A DNA stretch of 64,000 bases, taken from the IMG/VR virus record IMGVR_UViG_2773857666_000003, positions 7,870-71,869 of that record; one strand, 5' to 3'. Position numbers and translations under genes: made by a program. Numbering within the stretch: position 1 is the stretch's first letter; each line of letters opens with the position of its first letter. Below the pieces are notes generated by a model. That model was given only the letters and a program-made list of their open reading frames with translations. It was not told the DNA's origin and made no database searches. Below are positions 39,480 to 48,535 of this stretch, one piece after another. The stretch comes from a virus (taxonomy: Duplodnaviria > Caudoviricetes).

Positions 39480-39684
39480 CGATGCTGGTGACGGGTTGCG
39501 GAGCGGGTTGTGCGAGAGGACTCGTGTGGGCGGTCACCATCAGCAAGGAAGCGACACCTGCGATCGTCCCCACGATGGAGAGCGGCGTCTGATGCCACTT
39601 CCACAGGTCACGAGCGAAACCGAAGCCGACGTAAGCGGCTGAGCCTATCGTGCTGAGCAGCACTAGGATGTCCCACGCGCCCAT
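39460..39684 (-). CDS. Small membrane protein
   Basis: Two hydrophobic segments. Confidence 0.55.
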   Translation of the reverse strand: MGAWDILVLLSTIGSAAYVGFGFARDLWKWHQTPLSIVGTIAGVASLLMVTAHTSPLAQPAPQPVTSIDATGGR

Positions 39685-39686
39685 GG

Positions 39687-40160
39687 TCAGGCGACCTTCT
39701 TCGAACGAGGCAGTTTGATATTGAGGAAGCGACGCTCGTCGGCGCCAGTGTCCTTGCGGTAAACCGGGTCGGCGTTCTTTGTAATCCGCACGCTGTTATC
39801 GACATGTCCCTGCGACCGGTTGCGCTTGAACTGCATCTTCGCTGCATGGAGCGCCTTGTGGAGTTCCTTGGATGCCGTAGCAGGCAGGCCGCGGCACAGC
39901 CGGTCACGATCCTCACCCTTGCGCGCGGTTCCGGGTGCGCTGACAATGGTCGAACGCTCCTTACGCTGCCAGGGCTTGCGGGCAGGTTTCTCGTACCCGA
40001 CAGGGCGACCGTCGTTGGCGCGAACGCCGACACCAGTCACGAGCGGATAGCGGTACTCGGTTTTCTCGCGACCGTCGTCATCGCGGACGATCGTCGGAAC
40101 CAGCTCGACGCCGGACTGCTTCATCAGGTGGCGCTGGAGGCGCCGCAGCTTGTTGCTCAT
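39687..40160 (-). CDS. Basic hypothetical protein
   Basis: RBS present; first gene after a box-flanked promoter. Confidence 0.7.
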   Translation of the reverse strand: MSNKLRRLQRHLMKQSGVELVPTIVRDDDGREKTEYRYPLVTGVGVRANDGRPVGYEKPARKPWQRKERSTIVSAPGTARKGEDRDRLCRGLPATASKELHKALHAAKMQFKRNRSQGHVDNSVRITKNADPVYRKDTGADERRFLNIKLPRSKKVA

Positions 40161-40212
40161 CAGAAAACCCCTTTCGATTGATCCGCCAGCGACTCAATCA
40201 CCGGCTACAGAA

Positions 40213-40266
40213 TCAACCGTAAGTGGATTCTAGAAACGCGTCAACGCAGAATCACGTGATACGTGA
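40213..40266 (-). promoter_or_regulatory. Leftward promoter flanked by two 15-bp boxes
   Basis: TTGACG-N17-TACGGT on minus strand; boxes at 40213 and 40252 (TCACGTGATACGTGA). Confidence 0.6.
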
Positions 40267-40269
40267 ATC

Positions 40270-40298
40270 AAAAAGGGCGACCCTGGTACAGGCCGCCC
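40270..40298 (-). terminator. Rho-independent terminator
   Basis: GGGCGGCCTG..CAGGGTCGCCC-TTTTT on minus strand. Confidence 0.65.
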
Positions 40299-40318
40299 CA
40301 ATGTGGTTGCTGCTACTG

Positions 40319-40462
40319 CTACGGTCGAGGCCGTTGGATACCCCGCACCCGGTCGATGATCTCCTGTCGACGGCGTTTCTGCCGCTGGTGGTACCACCCC
40401 AGAAACGTCACGATCGCACCCAGCGGCGTGAGCCAGGCAACCAGAAACCATATTGCTGTCAT
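40319..40462 (-). CDS. Small membrane protein
   Basis: MTAIWFLVAWLTPLG..., basic tail. Confidence 0.5.
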   Translation of the reverse strand: MTAIWFLVAWLTPLGAIVTFLGWYHQRQKRRRQEIIDRVRGIQRPRP

Positions 40463-40611
40463 GTCGTCGTCCTTGCTGCGATCGCCACCCCGAAACCCGT
40501 TGCCACGGCAAGCAGCGCCAGCGCGGTGAAGGTGTGGCCGGTGTCCATGACGATGCCGGCCGCCACGAGGGCACCGGCACCGAAGGCTGCGAGGTAGAGG
40601 GTGAGGTTCAA
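40459..40611 (-). CDS. Small membrane protein
   Basis: 50-aa hydrophobic ORF read by hand, overlapping both neighbours. Confidence 0.45.
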   Translation of the reverse strand: MNLTLYLAAFGAGALVAAGIVMDTGHTFTALALLAVATGFGVAIAARTTT

Positions 40612-41252
40612 AACTGTTTCCCACCGGCGGCGCGGCGGTTCTCAGGCTTATGATCTGCACGCTGGCGGTTGTAGGCCCGCTTCTGCTCGATGATGTCGAA
40701 CAGGTCGATGTTCCGGGATTGCGCGAACTCGAATATCGCGATCAGTACGCCTGTCAAATGCCCAAGATAGTCTTGCGTGCGACCCTTCCGGTAGCCTTCC
40801 ATGGCCGCGGAGACGCCATTAACGAGCACCATCAATGTCGCGTCAATCGATAATCTGAACAGGACCGTGTCATCAATTTCACGATCGTCATCCAGCGCGT
40901 CATGCGCAATACCGTCGGCACCGAGCACGTCCATCAGCCGAATGGCGGCATCGGCCAGTTCGACATCGAACATCCGTAGATGCGGCAGTTTATCATCCCG
41001 CAAGCCCTCTTGGGCACCTTCACTGGCTTCCGACAGCTCGGACACGATCAGCATCATGATCTCAGGCCGGTTGCGGGTTGCGAGGATCGATTCCCCGGTG
41101 TGCAGGTCAGTCCACCAACCGGCAGCGATGTTGTCGGCGTGGATCTCACCGCAGAGACGCAGTAGGCGGGCCTCCAGGCTTTCCTCGACAACCAGTTGCG
41201 ACGACACATCAGGAACGACCGTCACGAAGCCGTCTTCTTCGATTTCACTCAT
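40608..41252 (-). CDS. MazG-like NTP pyrophosphatase with duplicated domain
   Basis: MLIVSELSEASEG.....ELADAAIR; second degenerate copy; IEQKRAYN..RADH. Confidence 0.75.
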   Translation of the reverse strand: MSEIEEDGFVTVVPDVSSQLVVEESLEARLLRLCGEIHADNIAAGWWTDLHTGESILATRNRPEIMMLIVSELSEASEGAQEGLRDDKLPHLRMFDVELADAAIRLMDVLGADGIAHDALDDDREIDDTVLFRLSIDATLMVLVNGVSAAMEGYRKGRTQDYLGHLTGVLIAIFEFAQSRNIDLFDIIEQKRAYNRQRADHKPENRRAAGGKQF

Positions 41253-41272
41253 AAAATCTCCTATTACGTGAT

Positions 41273-41665
41273 TCAAGGTTCGACGTCGAGAATCGGGACG
41301 CCGTGACGCAGCGCCTGGCCGCGCATATGCTGCGTCCCCGTACCCCCGCTGAAGCAGACAACCAGGTGCGGGACGCCCTGCAGGATCATGCGGGTATTCC
41401 TCGTGAACCCTGCGAGCGCGTTGTACGGCTTCCGGTTACGGAATCTGATGCGACACGGCAGCGCGTCGATATCGTCCCACGCAGCAGGGTAGGGGTCATG
41501 CGGCACCCCGTTCTTGATCGCCCAGTCGCGCGCCAAGGTGTCGACGCCGCTCGCTGCCCCGTGAATAAGGACATCGAGCGGCGTCGCTGCGTGGATCTGG
41601 TTCAGGGTTTCCTCGACCCGTTTTCGATCGCTGTAGGTGCGACCACCTGTGACCGCGATTCTCAC
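41273..41665 (-). CDS. YspA/SLOG family protein (DUF2493)
   Basis: IAVTGGRTY, IHGAASGVD, AGFTRN..M, GGTGT. Confidence 0.85.
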   Translation of the reverse strand: MRIAVTGGRTYSDRKRVEETLNQIHAATPLDVLIHGAASGVDTLARDWAIKNGVPHDPYPAAWDDIDALPCRIRFRNRKPYNALAGFTRNTRMILQGVPHLVVCFSGGTGTQHMRGQALRHGVPILDVEP

Positions 41666-41904
41666 AGTGCCGCTACCCGGCTGAGCAGATCCATTGGCGT
41701 CAGCCAGATGCCGCGCAGTCCGGTTTCCAGCAGCCGCTCCTGCAGGGTTGACGCTCGCTGCATCGCGGTCACGAACTGGTCGGGTGACAGGGTTTCGGCC
41801 AGCCTATTGCGTAGCAGGAACAACTCCCACTGAATGGCTGCCCGTTCCAGGTAGACGAAGGGTGCTGCGAAATAGGCGGAGATGCTGCGGTTACCCACGC
41901 TCAT
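41662..41904 (-). CDS. Hypothetical protein
   Basis: Coupled ORF chain. Confidence 0.5.
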   Translation of the reverse strand: MSVGNRSISAYFAAPFVYLERAAIQWELFLLRNRLAETLSPDQFVTAMQRASTLQERLLETGLRGIWLTPMDLLSRVAAL

Positions 41905-42235
41905 CCCCCTTCCCTAGTCCTGCCTGATGGCGGGAGAGAGCTTCTTGGGCGCGCTCGATTCGCTTAAACGGGATGCTGTAGAACCCTGCATTGCCTTCTG
42001 GCTTTTTCGGTATCTCCAACTTAGCGAACTCGGCCAAAGCCTCGACCAGTTCAGCCACAGCAGCGCGGCGATTCCATGCGGCAATGCGCGTGGCCTTGTC
42101 GCCTGAGCAGATGACCGTTGCCCCGCACCCATTGGCGCAAGTCACCGTGCCGGGTTCGTCTGCATCGATGTAGGTTGGGCACCAGTGAGCATCACCGCCG
42201 CAAAAAGGGCAAGGCTCTAGCGTCTCACTCGCCAT
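41891..42235 (-). CDS. Lar-like restriction alleviation family protein
   Basis: LEPCPFCGG...C..GC....AAWNRR. Confidence 0.75.
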   Translation of the reverse strand: MASETLEPCPFCGGDAHWCPTYIDADEPGTVTCANGCGATVICSGDKATRIAAWNRRAAVAELVEALAEFAKLEIPKKPEGNAGFYSIPFKRIERAQEALSRHQAGLGKGDERG

Positions 42236-42434
42236 CGGTCGCCTCCTTCGGGCTGCATGGGGACGCTGAAATCCCGTCCTTTATCTGGCGCAGGAAGAAA
42301 GTCCGCCCGTTCAGATTGAAATGCCAGCCCCAGCCGACACCCCGGCAACTGCGCTTGAATGTGTCGATTTCGCGGACGATAAGCGCGGCGAGGGCAGGCG
42401 CTTCTTCCGGCTCGCAATGCATGATGATCTTCAT
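42225..42434 (-). CDS. Hypothetical protein
   Basis: Coupled ORF chain. Confidence 0.55.
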   Translation of the reverse strand: MKIIMHCEPEEAPALAALIVREIDTFKRSCRGVGWGWHFNLNGRTFFLRQIKDGISASPCSPKEATDGE

Positions 42435-42946
42435 GCCTGATCCTTCCCCTTGGCGGCCATATGCTCACCGCGTTCGATGGCGTCGGCGGCATGTTTCAGC
42501 GCCCATCGCGAACCATAGTCCTCGACCAGCCCGAACGGCCTTTCATGGTTCTCAGCAAGATCCCGCAGCCAAGCCACGATCTGCGCCCTCTCCCCCGCCT
42601 CGACGGACGCCGCTGCCGGGAGGGTGGAGAGGATGGCCTGTGCAACAGCTTCGGCGTGCTCCCATGTTTCGGGTGACATGTGCGGATCAGCTTCATCGCC
42701 TGCTATGGCGCGAAAAGCCGCTTCGGTCGCGGCCTCCCGCTGCGCCTCATGGGGAGGTTGGATGGCAGGGCACCAATCCGGCGTTCGCCAACTGGTATCG
42801 CCCACTTGCTTTCCATCGACATCGGGATGGTCGCAGTAAATGTCGTGACCGCTATCGCCCTGAACGCGATACGATTGCGATCGCTCATATTTGCAGCCGC
42901 AACAGCTACGCGAAACCGTCACGGACGGGCCGATGCGCTCGCTCAT
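42431..42946 (-). CDS. Hypothetical Cys-containing protein
   Basis: C.GC...C.H...TPDWCP; ERAQIVAWLR...ADAIERGEH. Confidence 0.65.
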   Translation of the reverse strand: MSERIGPSVTVSRSCCGCKYERSQSYRVQGDSGHDIYCDHPDVDGKQVGDTSWRTPDWCPAIQPPHEAQREAATEAAFRAIAGDEADPHMSPETWEHAEAVAQAILSTLPAAASVEAGERAQIVAWLRDLAENHERPFGLVEDYGSRWALKHAADAIERGEHMAAKGKDQA

Positions 42947-44961
42947 GCCTTCCCTCCATCTGTAAGGGGTGCGGCGGGGAGTGCTGCGAGTGCCAGTTCG
43001 ATGAACCTGTCGTGGAAAGCCTTAGGAACCGCATCGTCATAGTGGCAGTCGTCGCCCAGGCCGATCTCATCGAGGTGGTTGGTCAGGACTTGGGTTGCGT
43101 CATGGATGCTGGTGTAAAGTTCACGGTCCCGCCTTGCCCATTTTGGCGCGTAGACCCGCAAAAACGCCCCAGTCAGTTCCCGGTGGCGCAGCGCCTTCTC
43201 CGCGCCATCATGCCTCACGTTGGCGATTAGGTAGCGGTGAATGTCGAACTCCATGAGCGCGTAAGTCGCACGAGCCAACCGTTCCCCGCTCTCAATCCCC
43301 CGCCATGCTTCTGGCTGGGCCACCTCCTGCCCCTGCTGCGGGGTGGCGAGAGCTTCAAAGCGGCCATCGTGGAACTCTGTCACGCCACGCGCCCAAAGCA
43401 TGCCGTCCTCACCGCGATAGATAACGAGCGGCTGCTCATCGAGTGCAGGATTGGCGGCGCATTGCAGCGTGGCTTCCCCGACCACCTCATAGATCGTGCC
43501 GCGCTTCTTATGACGGTAGCTCGCCACCCCCTGCTGAACCTCTGCCGGGGCTTCGGGCTGGGGTGCGGCGTATAGGGCGTTCCTAAGCACAGCGGTTTTG
43601 GTCGGCATGATGATGTGAGTTACGCCATACCCCTCAGTCAGGCACTGTATCGTCTGGTCGCTTACCCAAGCCACCGCCTCCCCCGCCGCTTGCTGGGCTG
43701 ACACCCTTTCAGGGTGCGGTGGTATACGCCCTTGAACGGTTCGACAGTCCATTCCCGCTGGCGCACCGCAGACGGGGCAAGCTGGATAATCGTTGCCTTC
43801 TTCCCCACCCCCTTGCTGGGCTGACAGGGCTGCGAACGGAGCCATCGCCTTGTAAATCGCGGCGACGATCATGCCGTCATCCCAATCCGTATAGGCTTCT
43901 GGCTGGTCGCTTGCTTCACGATCCTGCATCTCGATGCGGGCTTTATCCCACGCACCACAGCCAGCCTCGATCATGGCATCCGGCAGGCCGTCGCAAATCC
44001 ACGCTTCCACTTCCTCACTCCCGTGCTGGGCTGTGGGTTCGGGTTGCGTGAGGGAGGCGCGCATGTTTTCGGTCGCCTCGTCCAGTTCCGCGCCCGCTGT
44101 TACCTGATGCTCTTCGGTGTGCGAATTGCGACAAGTGTCGATGGCGTCAAGAACGCGACAAGCAGCCTGCTCAATTGCTCTCAGCCTCGTTTCTGCTGCG
44201 GGTGGCTGGGATGTGGGGGTGGAGACATCATCGAGACGTGCAACCCGGCCATCTTCATCGTCATAGACGCGGCCAGCCTTCAACACGTTGTAGATCGTCC
44301 CCGCAACGTCGCCATCCCATGTTTCGCTGCCATCGGCCTGCTCGTAATCATCAACGCCAAGCGCTTTGGCGAGCGTTTCAATGCAGAACGTCGCCGCCTC
44401 GTCCATGCCTTCCGACTTCGCCTGCTCTAGCCCCTCCCCCTCGTCGGTCGCTGCTTGCTGGGGGAGAGTGGAATATTTGGCCCACGCTTCGGACATATTA
44501 TCGCCCGATGGAACGCCAAGGTAATCAACGCCCGCCGAGAACCCGGCTTCGAACGCATCCCGTAGCCCATGATCGTGAGGTACGGGGGGTGTGGGCAACG
44601 AAGCAAGAAGGTCGGACGCACAATCCTTGGCGGCCTCTTCGAACTCAGGGTCGCCGCGTGGAGCCTCGCCTGGGTTATTCTGCCAGTATTGGTGAACGTC
44701 CATTGCGCCAGCTTCGTAAGCAGCTTGCAGCGCCTCTCTGAGCGCAGGCTCTTGAAGCCCCTCGGGGGATGGGGTGGTCGCAGTAGCCTGTGCCACTACT
44801 GAATTGGCAGCAATCTGCGCCTCCAAAGCGTAGTGCTTGGCCTTAATTACATGCTCCTGGCGAAGCGTCCCGGAGACACTGAACCCGCGATCGATCATTT
44901 GAGCGCAGTGGTCGAAGCGGTGGGCGGCCTTTTCCAAGGCGGCTCGCAGTTCTTCGCTCAT
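42943..44961 (-). CDS. Large mosaic hypothetical protein with DUF1653-like module
   Basis: 672 aa of short modules and Q/P/A linkers; YRHKKRGTIYEV...VIYR....LWAR...F.DGRF. Confidence 0.75.
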   Translation of the reverse strand: MSEELRAALEKAAHRFDHCAQMIDRGFSVSGTLRQEHVIKAKHYALEAQIAANSVVAQATATTPSPEGLQEPALREALQAAYEAGAMDVHQYWQNNPGEAPRGDPEFEEAAKDCASDLLASLPTPPVPHDHGLRDAFEAGFSAGVDYLGVPSGDNMSEAWAKYSTLPQQAATDEGEGLEQAKSEGMDEAATFCIETLAKALGVDDYEQADGSETWDGDVAGTIYNVLKAGRVYDDEDGRVARLDDVSTPTSQPPAAETRLRAIEQAACRVLDAIDTCRNSHTEEHQVTAGAELDEATENMRASLTQPEPTAQHGSEEVEAWICDGLPDAMIEAGCGAWDKARIEMQDREASDQPEAYTDWDDGMIVAAIYKAMAPFAALSAQQGGGEEGNDYPACPVCGAPAGMDCRTVQGRIPPHPERVSAQQAAGEAVAWVSDQTIQCLTEGYGVTHIIMPTKTAVLRNALYAAPQPEAPAEVQQGVASYRHKKRGTIYEVVGEATLQCAANPALDEQPLVIYRGEDGMLWARGVTEFHDGRFEALATPQQGQEVAQPEAWRGIESGERLARATYALMEFDIHRYLIANVRHDGAEKALRHRELTGAFLRVYAPKWARRDRELYTSIHDATQVLTNHLDEIGLGDDCHYDDAVPKAFHDRFIELALAALPAAPLTDGGKA

Positions 44962-45110
44962 TTCCCCGACTCCCGCTTTTCGGTAGCGGCTCTGGCTACC
45001 ATCTCGTTGATCTGATCATCTTCAGCCCGATGCTTGGCGCAGAGCATCCCATGGTCGGCTTCAGCCGGATGCCGTTCGCACATTGCACACAGGTTTTCAC
45101 CGCGGCTCAT
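44958..45110 (-). CDS. Small zinc-finger-like protein
   Basis: 50-aa ORF read by hand: CAMC...LCAKH; ATGA overlaps. Confidence 0.55.
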   Translation of the reverse strand: MSRGENLCAMCERHPAEADHGMLCAKHRAEDDQINEMVARAATEKRESGK

Positions 45111-46447
45111 TCCGCTGCCTCAGCGCGCGGCACGAAATACACATCGACCTCAGCAACAACCGCAACAGGCCGAAACGCCACCACACTGGCGGTCAGCGAT
45201 TCCCACTCGAACTCATCGGCGCGGGCGGCAGGCTGGATATCGCCTGATCGGGTGCAGACCTGGACCTGCGTGTCGTCGGTGACGGGCATTTCTCCGGGGT
45301 GGTGCGGATGCCACTCGCCGATGCGGTATGCGGCACGGGTCATACAGTCGGACAAGCGGCCTTGGATGGAGTCTTCCTGCGGCTCGCTGATTTTCACCTG
45401 CGACACGGGGAAGGTTCTACAGAGGACCATATTCCGGATCTGGACGTATGAGCCTATAGGTCGGGCACACGGCGCCATCCACGGCCCGAAAACATATTCG
45501 GGTGCTTCCTCGGCTACCACATCGGGCGCAGGTGGCAGCGTTTCGGTGTCGATGACGCTGACCGGGTTGTCGCCAACAATATCCCTGATCTTCGATGGTC
45601 GTCTGCCGACGATTTCCTGCAGCAGGTTCGCCATGCGCGTCTTACCGCAACCCTGCGGCCCGGTAATCGTGATCGTCAGGTGGGTAGGAACCTCACGCAG
45701 CGGATTATCCCGATACAGGTCACGCTCAACCGTCACCGTCGCCAGGTCATCCTGCGACCGCTCGAACGCGCCACGCATCGACTCCAGCTCGGCAGCCAGG
45801 TCGCGGCGCTCCTGCACCAATCCGTTATTCGCGTTCAGCAGGTCAGTGACACGCTTCCGGAGACCGTCGCGTTCGGTGACCACCTGCGCGATGAACTCGG
45901 CTGTGATGCTGGGTTGCGGGGTAGGCGCAAACAGAATGCCACCTTCCAGTTTAGGCTTGATCGGATCTTTGAACCGGAAGCTGGAAAGGTCGACCTTCTT
46001 GGGGATTTCTCCGCGGAAGGATGCCGGGGCTGCCTGCTTCAGGGTTTCGACTGCGTCCGGTTCGGTGCGCTTACGGTAGCCGATGATCTCAAACTCATCG
46101 ATCGGCTCAAACCGCCGCCACATGACATCGGCGCATGGCAAATCCTCGCGGCCATCGCCCCACAACACCTCACCGCCACCCCAGTCATCCGGCGCAGCCT
46201 CGCCGCCCTGCCACGGCGTGAAACCCTTCTGGATTGCCGGGTAGGCCCAGTGGTCGACGGGTAGCCGGATGTGGGTGACGGTTTTAATCTGCCGCGAACT
46301 GTCGCCCTCGAACACATAATGGTGAGCAGGGCCGCCGACATCACACCAACCGGAGCCATCGTGGATCGGCGTGACAATCACGTCATCATCAGCTAACCAC
46401 GCAGGCCGCTGCCCGTCGACCGGTATCGGATCACCCCACTGCACCAT
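45107..46447 (-). CDS. Multi-module hypothetical protein with P-loop-like motif
   Basis: Trp/Pro-rich repeats, coiled coil, ITGPQGCGKT; strong RBS. Confidence 0.75.
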   Translation of the reverse strand: MVQWGDPIPVDGQRPAWLADDDVIVTPIHDGSGWCDVGGPAHHYVFEGDSSRQIKTVTHIRLPVDHWAYPAIQKGFTPWQGGEAAPDDWGGGEVLWGDGREDLPCADVMWRRFEPIDEFEIIGYRKRTEPDAVETLKQAAPASFRGEIPKKVDLSSFRFKDPIKPKLEGGILFAPTPQPSITAEFIAQVVTERDGLRKRVTDLLNANNGLVQERRDLAAELESMRGAFERSQDDLATVTVERDLYRDNPLREVPTHLTITITGPQGCGKTRMANLLQEIVGRRPSKIRDIVGDNPVSVIDTETLPPAPDVVAEEAPEYVFGPWMAPCARPIGSYVQIRNMVLCRTFPVSQVKISEPQEDSIQGRLSDCMTRAAYRIGEWHPHHPGEMPVTDDTQVQVCTRSGDIQPAARADEFEWESLTASVVAFRPVAVVAEVDVYFVPRAEAAE

Positions 46448-46468
46448 GACTCGGACTCCCTCACAGAT

Positions 46469-46523
46469 TCACGTTATGCGTGATTCGTAATCACGTGACC
46501 TGTTACAGTCAACTATTAGTTGA
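46469..46523 (-). promoter_or_regulatory. Leftward promoter with 15-bp boxes
   Basis: TCACGTTATGCGTGA (46469), TCAACTATTAGTTGA (46509); minus-strand TTGACT-N17-TACGAA. Confidence 0.65.
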
Positions 46524-46527
46524 TTTT

Positions 46528-46614
46528 GATTTCTCCGGGCGGTCGGTTGTGATTTCCCCGAGGGGTTTCCCTGTGGCGGTGGTCAGGGTTTCTCCGAGGC
46601 CCATTTCCCCGAAG
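46528..46614. repeat. Cluster of TTTC(C/T)CCG-type direct repeats
   Basis: Five copies near 46529, 46552, 46565, 46588, 46603. Confidence 0.55.
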
Positions 46615-46760
46615 GGTGTTCCGTGGTATCAGCGTCACCGCCTGGCAGGCTGGCGTGCGACCCCGCCACCGTGGCCGCCGCGTCGATCCGCCCACGGCGG
46701 AACCGGCTCGGGCAGCGCCTAAACCGCGCTGCCTGCTATCCATCAACCGGAGTCCATCTC

Positions 46761-46976
46761 ATGCCGCCCGATAGACGCGCCACGCGTACCCAGGCAGCAG
46801 CGGCCGCGCGTGGCGTGCTAGATCGATTGGTGACACAACCGGCCGCCCTTGGCTGCCCATACTGTGAAGCGGCGCCCATCGTGGCGGATTGCCCCACATG
46901 CCGTGGAACGGGTCTCCATCCCTATCCGCTGCCTGTCGACGCCATAGCGGCCGCAACGCAACCTGGCGCCGAGTGA
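46761..46976 (+). CDS. Small zinc-finger protein
   Basis: GGAG RBS; CPYC...CPTCRGTG. Confidence 0.6.
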   Translation: MPPDRRATRTQAAAAARGVLDRLVTQPAALGCPYCEAAPIVADCPTCRGTGLHPYPLPVDAIAAATQPGAE

Positions 46977-47035
46977 CACGGAAACGGCCGCCACGGTTTC
47001 CCGCGCGGCCGTAGTTCCCTGCCCAGCTACCACAC

Positions 47036-47070
47036 AAAGAAAAACCCGCCGGCGGTTTCGCGCGGCGGGT
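47036..47070 (-). terminator. Rho-independent terminator of the leftward early arm
   Basis: ACCCGCCG-loop-CGGCGGGT-TTTTCTTT on minus strand. Confidence 0.7.
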
Positions 47071-47228
47071 CTCTTATCTGGCAATAATCCCGGATATCAG
47101 GATTGCCCATATCAGGATAACCGGCGGCCATAGCGGCCGCGTGACTCGTCGGAGTCGTTCCCTGGCTTCAGCGCGATCGGCTGGTGTGGAGCTGGCCACG
47201 CATATCACGATTAGGGCGCCGAGTAGCA

Positions 47229-47450
47229 TTAGCATGGCTGCAGCCTGTTTAGTTTATCCGCTGCACGTTGCGCCGCTTCGCGCGACTTGAAAAGCCGCAA
47301 TTTGCCCGATGGGCCGGTTGCCTGTTGAAAATTAGGCGTTCCTTCCGGCGGCCGCATAGGCGGGAAAAATTGCCGCGTTACTCGCCACCCGCCGGGATGA
47401 CCTGAAGCCGCGCGCCATGTTGCGTGAAACTGCAAATCGGACTCTGTCAT
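47229..47450 (-). CDS. Hypothetical protein
   Basis: RBS GGGAG; RLFKSREAAQRAADKLN. Confidence 0.65.
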   Translation of the reverse strand: MTESDLQFHATWRAASGHPGGWRVTRQFFPPMRPPEGTPNFQQATGPSGKLRLFKSREAAQRAADKLNRLQPC

Positions 47451-47593
47451 ATCGTCGACTCCCGTTTCCCGTAAACTGGCCGCAAGATGCGACGGCGGAT
47501 TGTGTCGCGTGCCTGCAGGTGACGGATTGCCTGCATCCTGGCCATGCCGGTTTGATCCATCAGGCGGCGCGTTTCTGTTTCGTCTGGAATCAT
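47447..47593 (-). CDS. Small hypothetical protein
   Basis: MIPDETETRRLMDQTGMARMQAIRH; ATGA overlaps. Confidence 0.55.
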   Translation of the reverse strand: MIPDETETRRLMDQTGMARMQAIRHLQARDTIRRRILRPVYGKRESTI

Positions 47594-48501
47594 TGGCTGG
47601 ACTCCGTTTCCGGACGCGGGAAAGGCAGTTCCAACGTAAATGGGCAGCGATAGCGGGACTCCGCCTGAATCGCGTTGCTGCGTTCCCATTGCGCGCGTTC
47701 ATCGGAGTCCAGTTCATCCAACGCCAGCGGCAGGATTTCCAGCGCTTCGCGCGCCGTGGCAACATACTGGCCAGCGGCCGTTGGATCATCCTTGATCCAA
47801 TCTGCTAGTTTCTCCGCTCGCCTTTCACGCGCCAGCCGTTCAAATTTTTGCCAGTCGCAATGTTTATCGACATACTCATAATCGGTTTCGCAGATGGACT
47901 CACAAAGCGACCAGTTAAAATCTGACTCGTTGTCCATATGCGGCACCATGGCAGCGCAAAGCAGCGTACCCAGCTCGTTATGGTCCCATTCGTCTAGCGG
48001 CTTTTCCAGCCAAGACTCCAAGTCAGTGCTATAGAATGAGATGAAACCGTCATAGCTGGTAAACCGCTGCTTTATGACGGACTCCAACGTTTCCGGTTTG
48101 ATCGATCGCCGCATCTTTTCCAGCGTCACGAGCGGCACAGTCACATAAACGCGGTCTGTGGTGAAATTATATTCACGCGGCGAGTCCATCGACTCAAACG
48201 TGAAACTGCCTGGCGCCGTTTCCAGGTTATCGGCCGCCCATTGATCAAATGCGGCTGCGTAGTCGCTCGCCATGGCGTTATGGGCGGCGCGGTAGTCCAT
48301 ACAATCCATAAGGATATCGGAATAATCGCGCTCGCTCAGTCGCAGTTGCTCGGGCTGGTAGGTCTCGGGATAATATTCAGATGATTCCCGTTCCGCGTCA
48401 TTTTCGGCCTGTTGTATTTCCGCGTTGTCTAACGTTTGCGACAACATGGACTCATAAAAACCGGGAAAGAATGGCAGGTTTACGATTGCGCTCTGTGACA
48501 T
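47590..48501 (-). CDS. Acidic hypothetical protein
   Basis: PFFPGFYES, FESMDSPREYNFTTDR, FTSYDGFISFY; RBS. Confidence 0.8.
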   Translation of the reverse strand: MSQSAIVNLPFFPGFYESMLSQTLDNAEIQQAENDAERESSEYYPETYQPEQLRLSERDYSDILMDCMDYRAAHNAMASDYAAAFDQWAADNLETAPGSFTFESMDSPREYNFTTDRVYVTVPLVTLEKMRRSIKPETLESVIKQRFTSYDGFISFYSTDLESWLEKPLDEWDHNELGTLLCAAMVPHMDNESDFNWSLCESICETDYEYVDKHCDWQKFERLARERRAEKLADWIKDDPTAAGQYVATAREALEILPLALDELDSDERAQWERSNAIQAESRYRCPFTLELPFPRPETESSQ

Positions 48502-48535
48502 GATACGGACTCCCCAAATACTCGTTAAACGTGAC

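Noticed and set aside
35735-41665. Nucleotide-metabolism cluster as a DNA base hypermodification pathway
   Set aside because: ThyA has canonical dUMP-type motifs (PPCH, QRSAD, PFN), and no hydroxymethylase, glycosyltransferase, PurZ or queuosine-pathway genes were recognised. Ordinary dNTP supply explains it.
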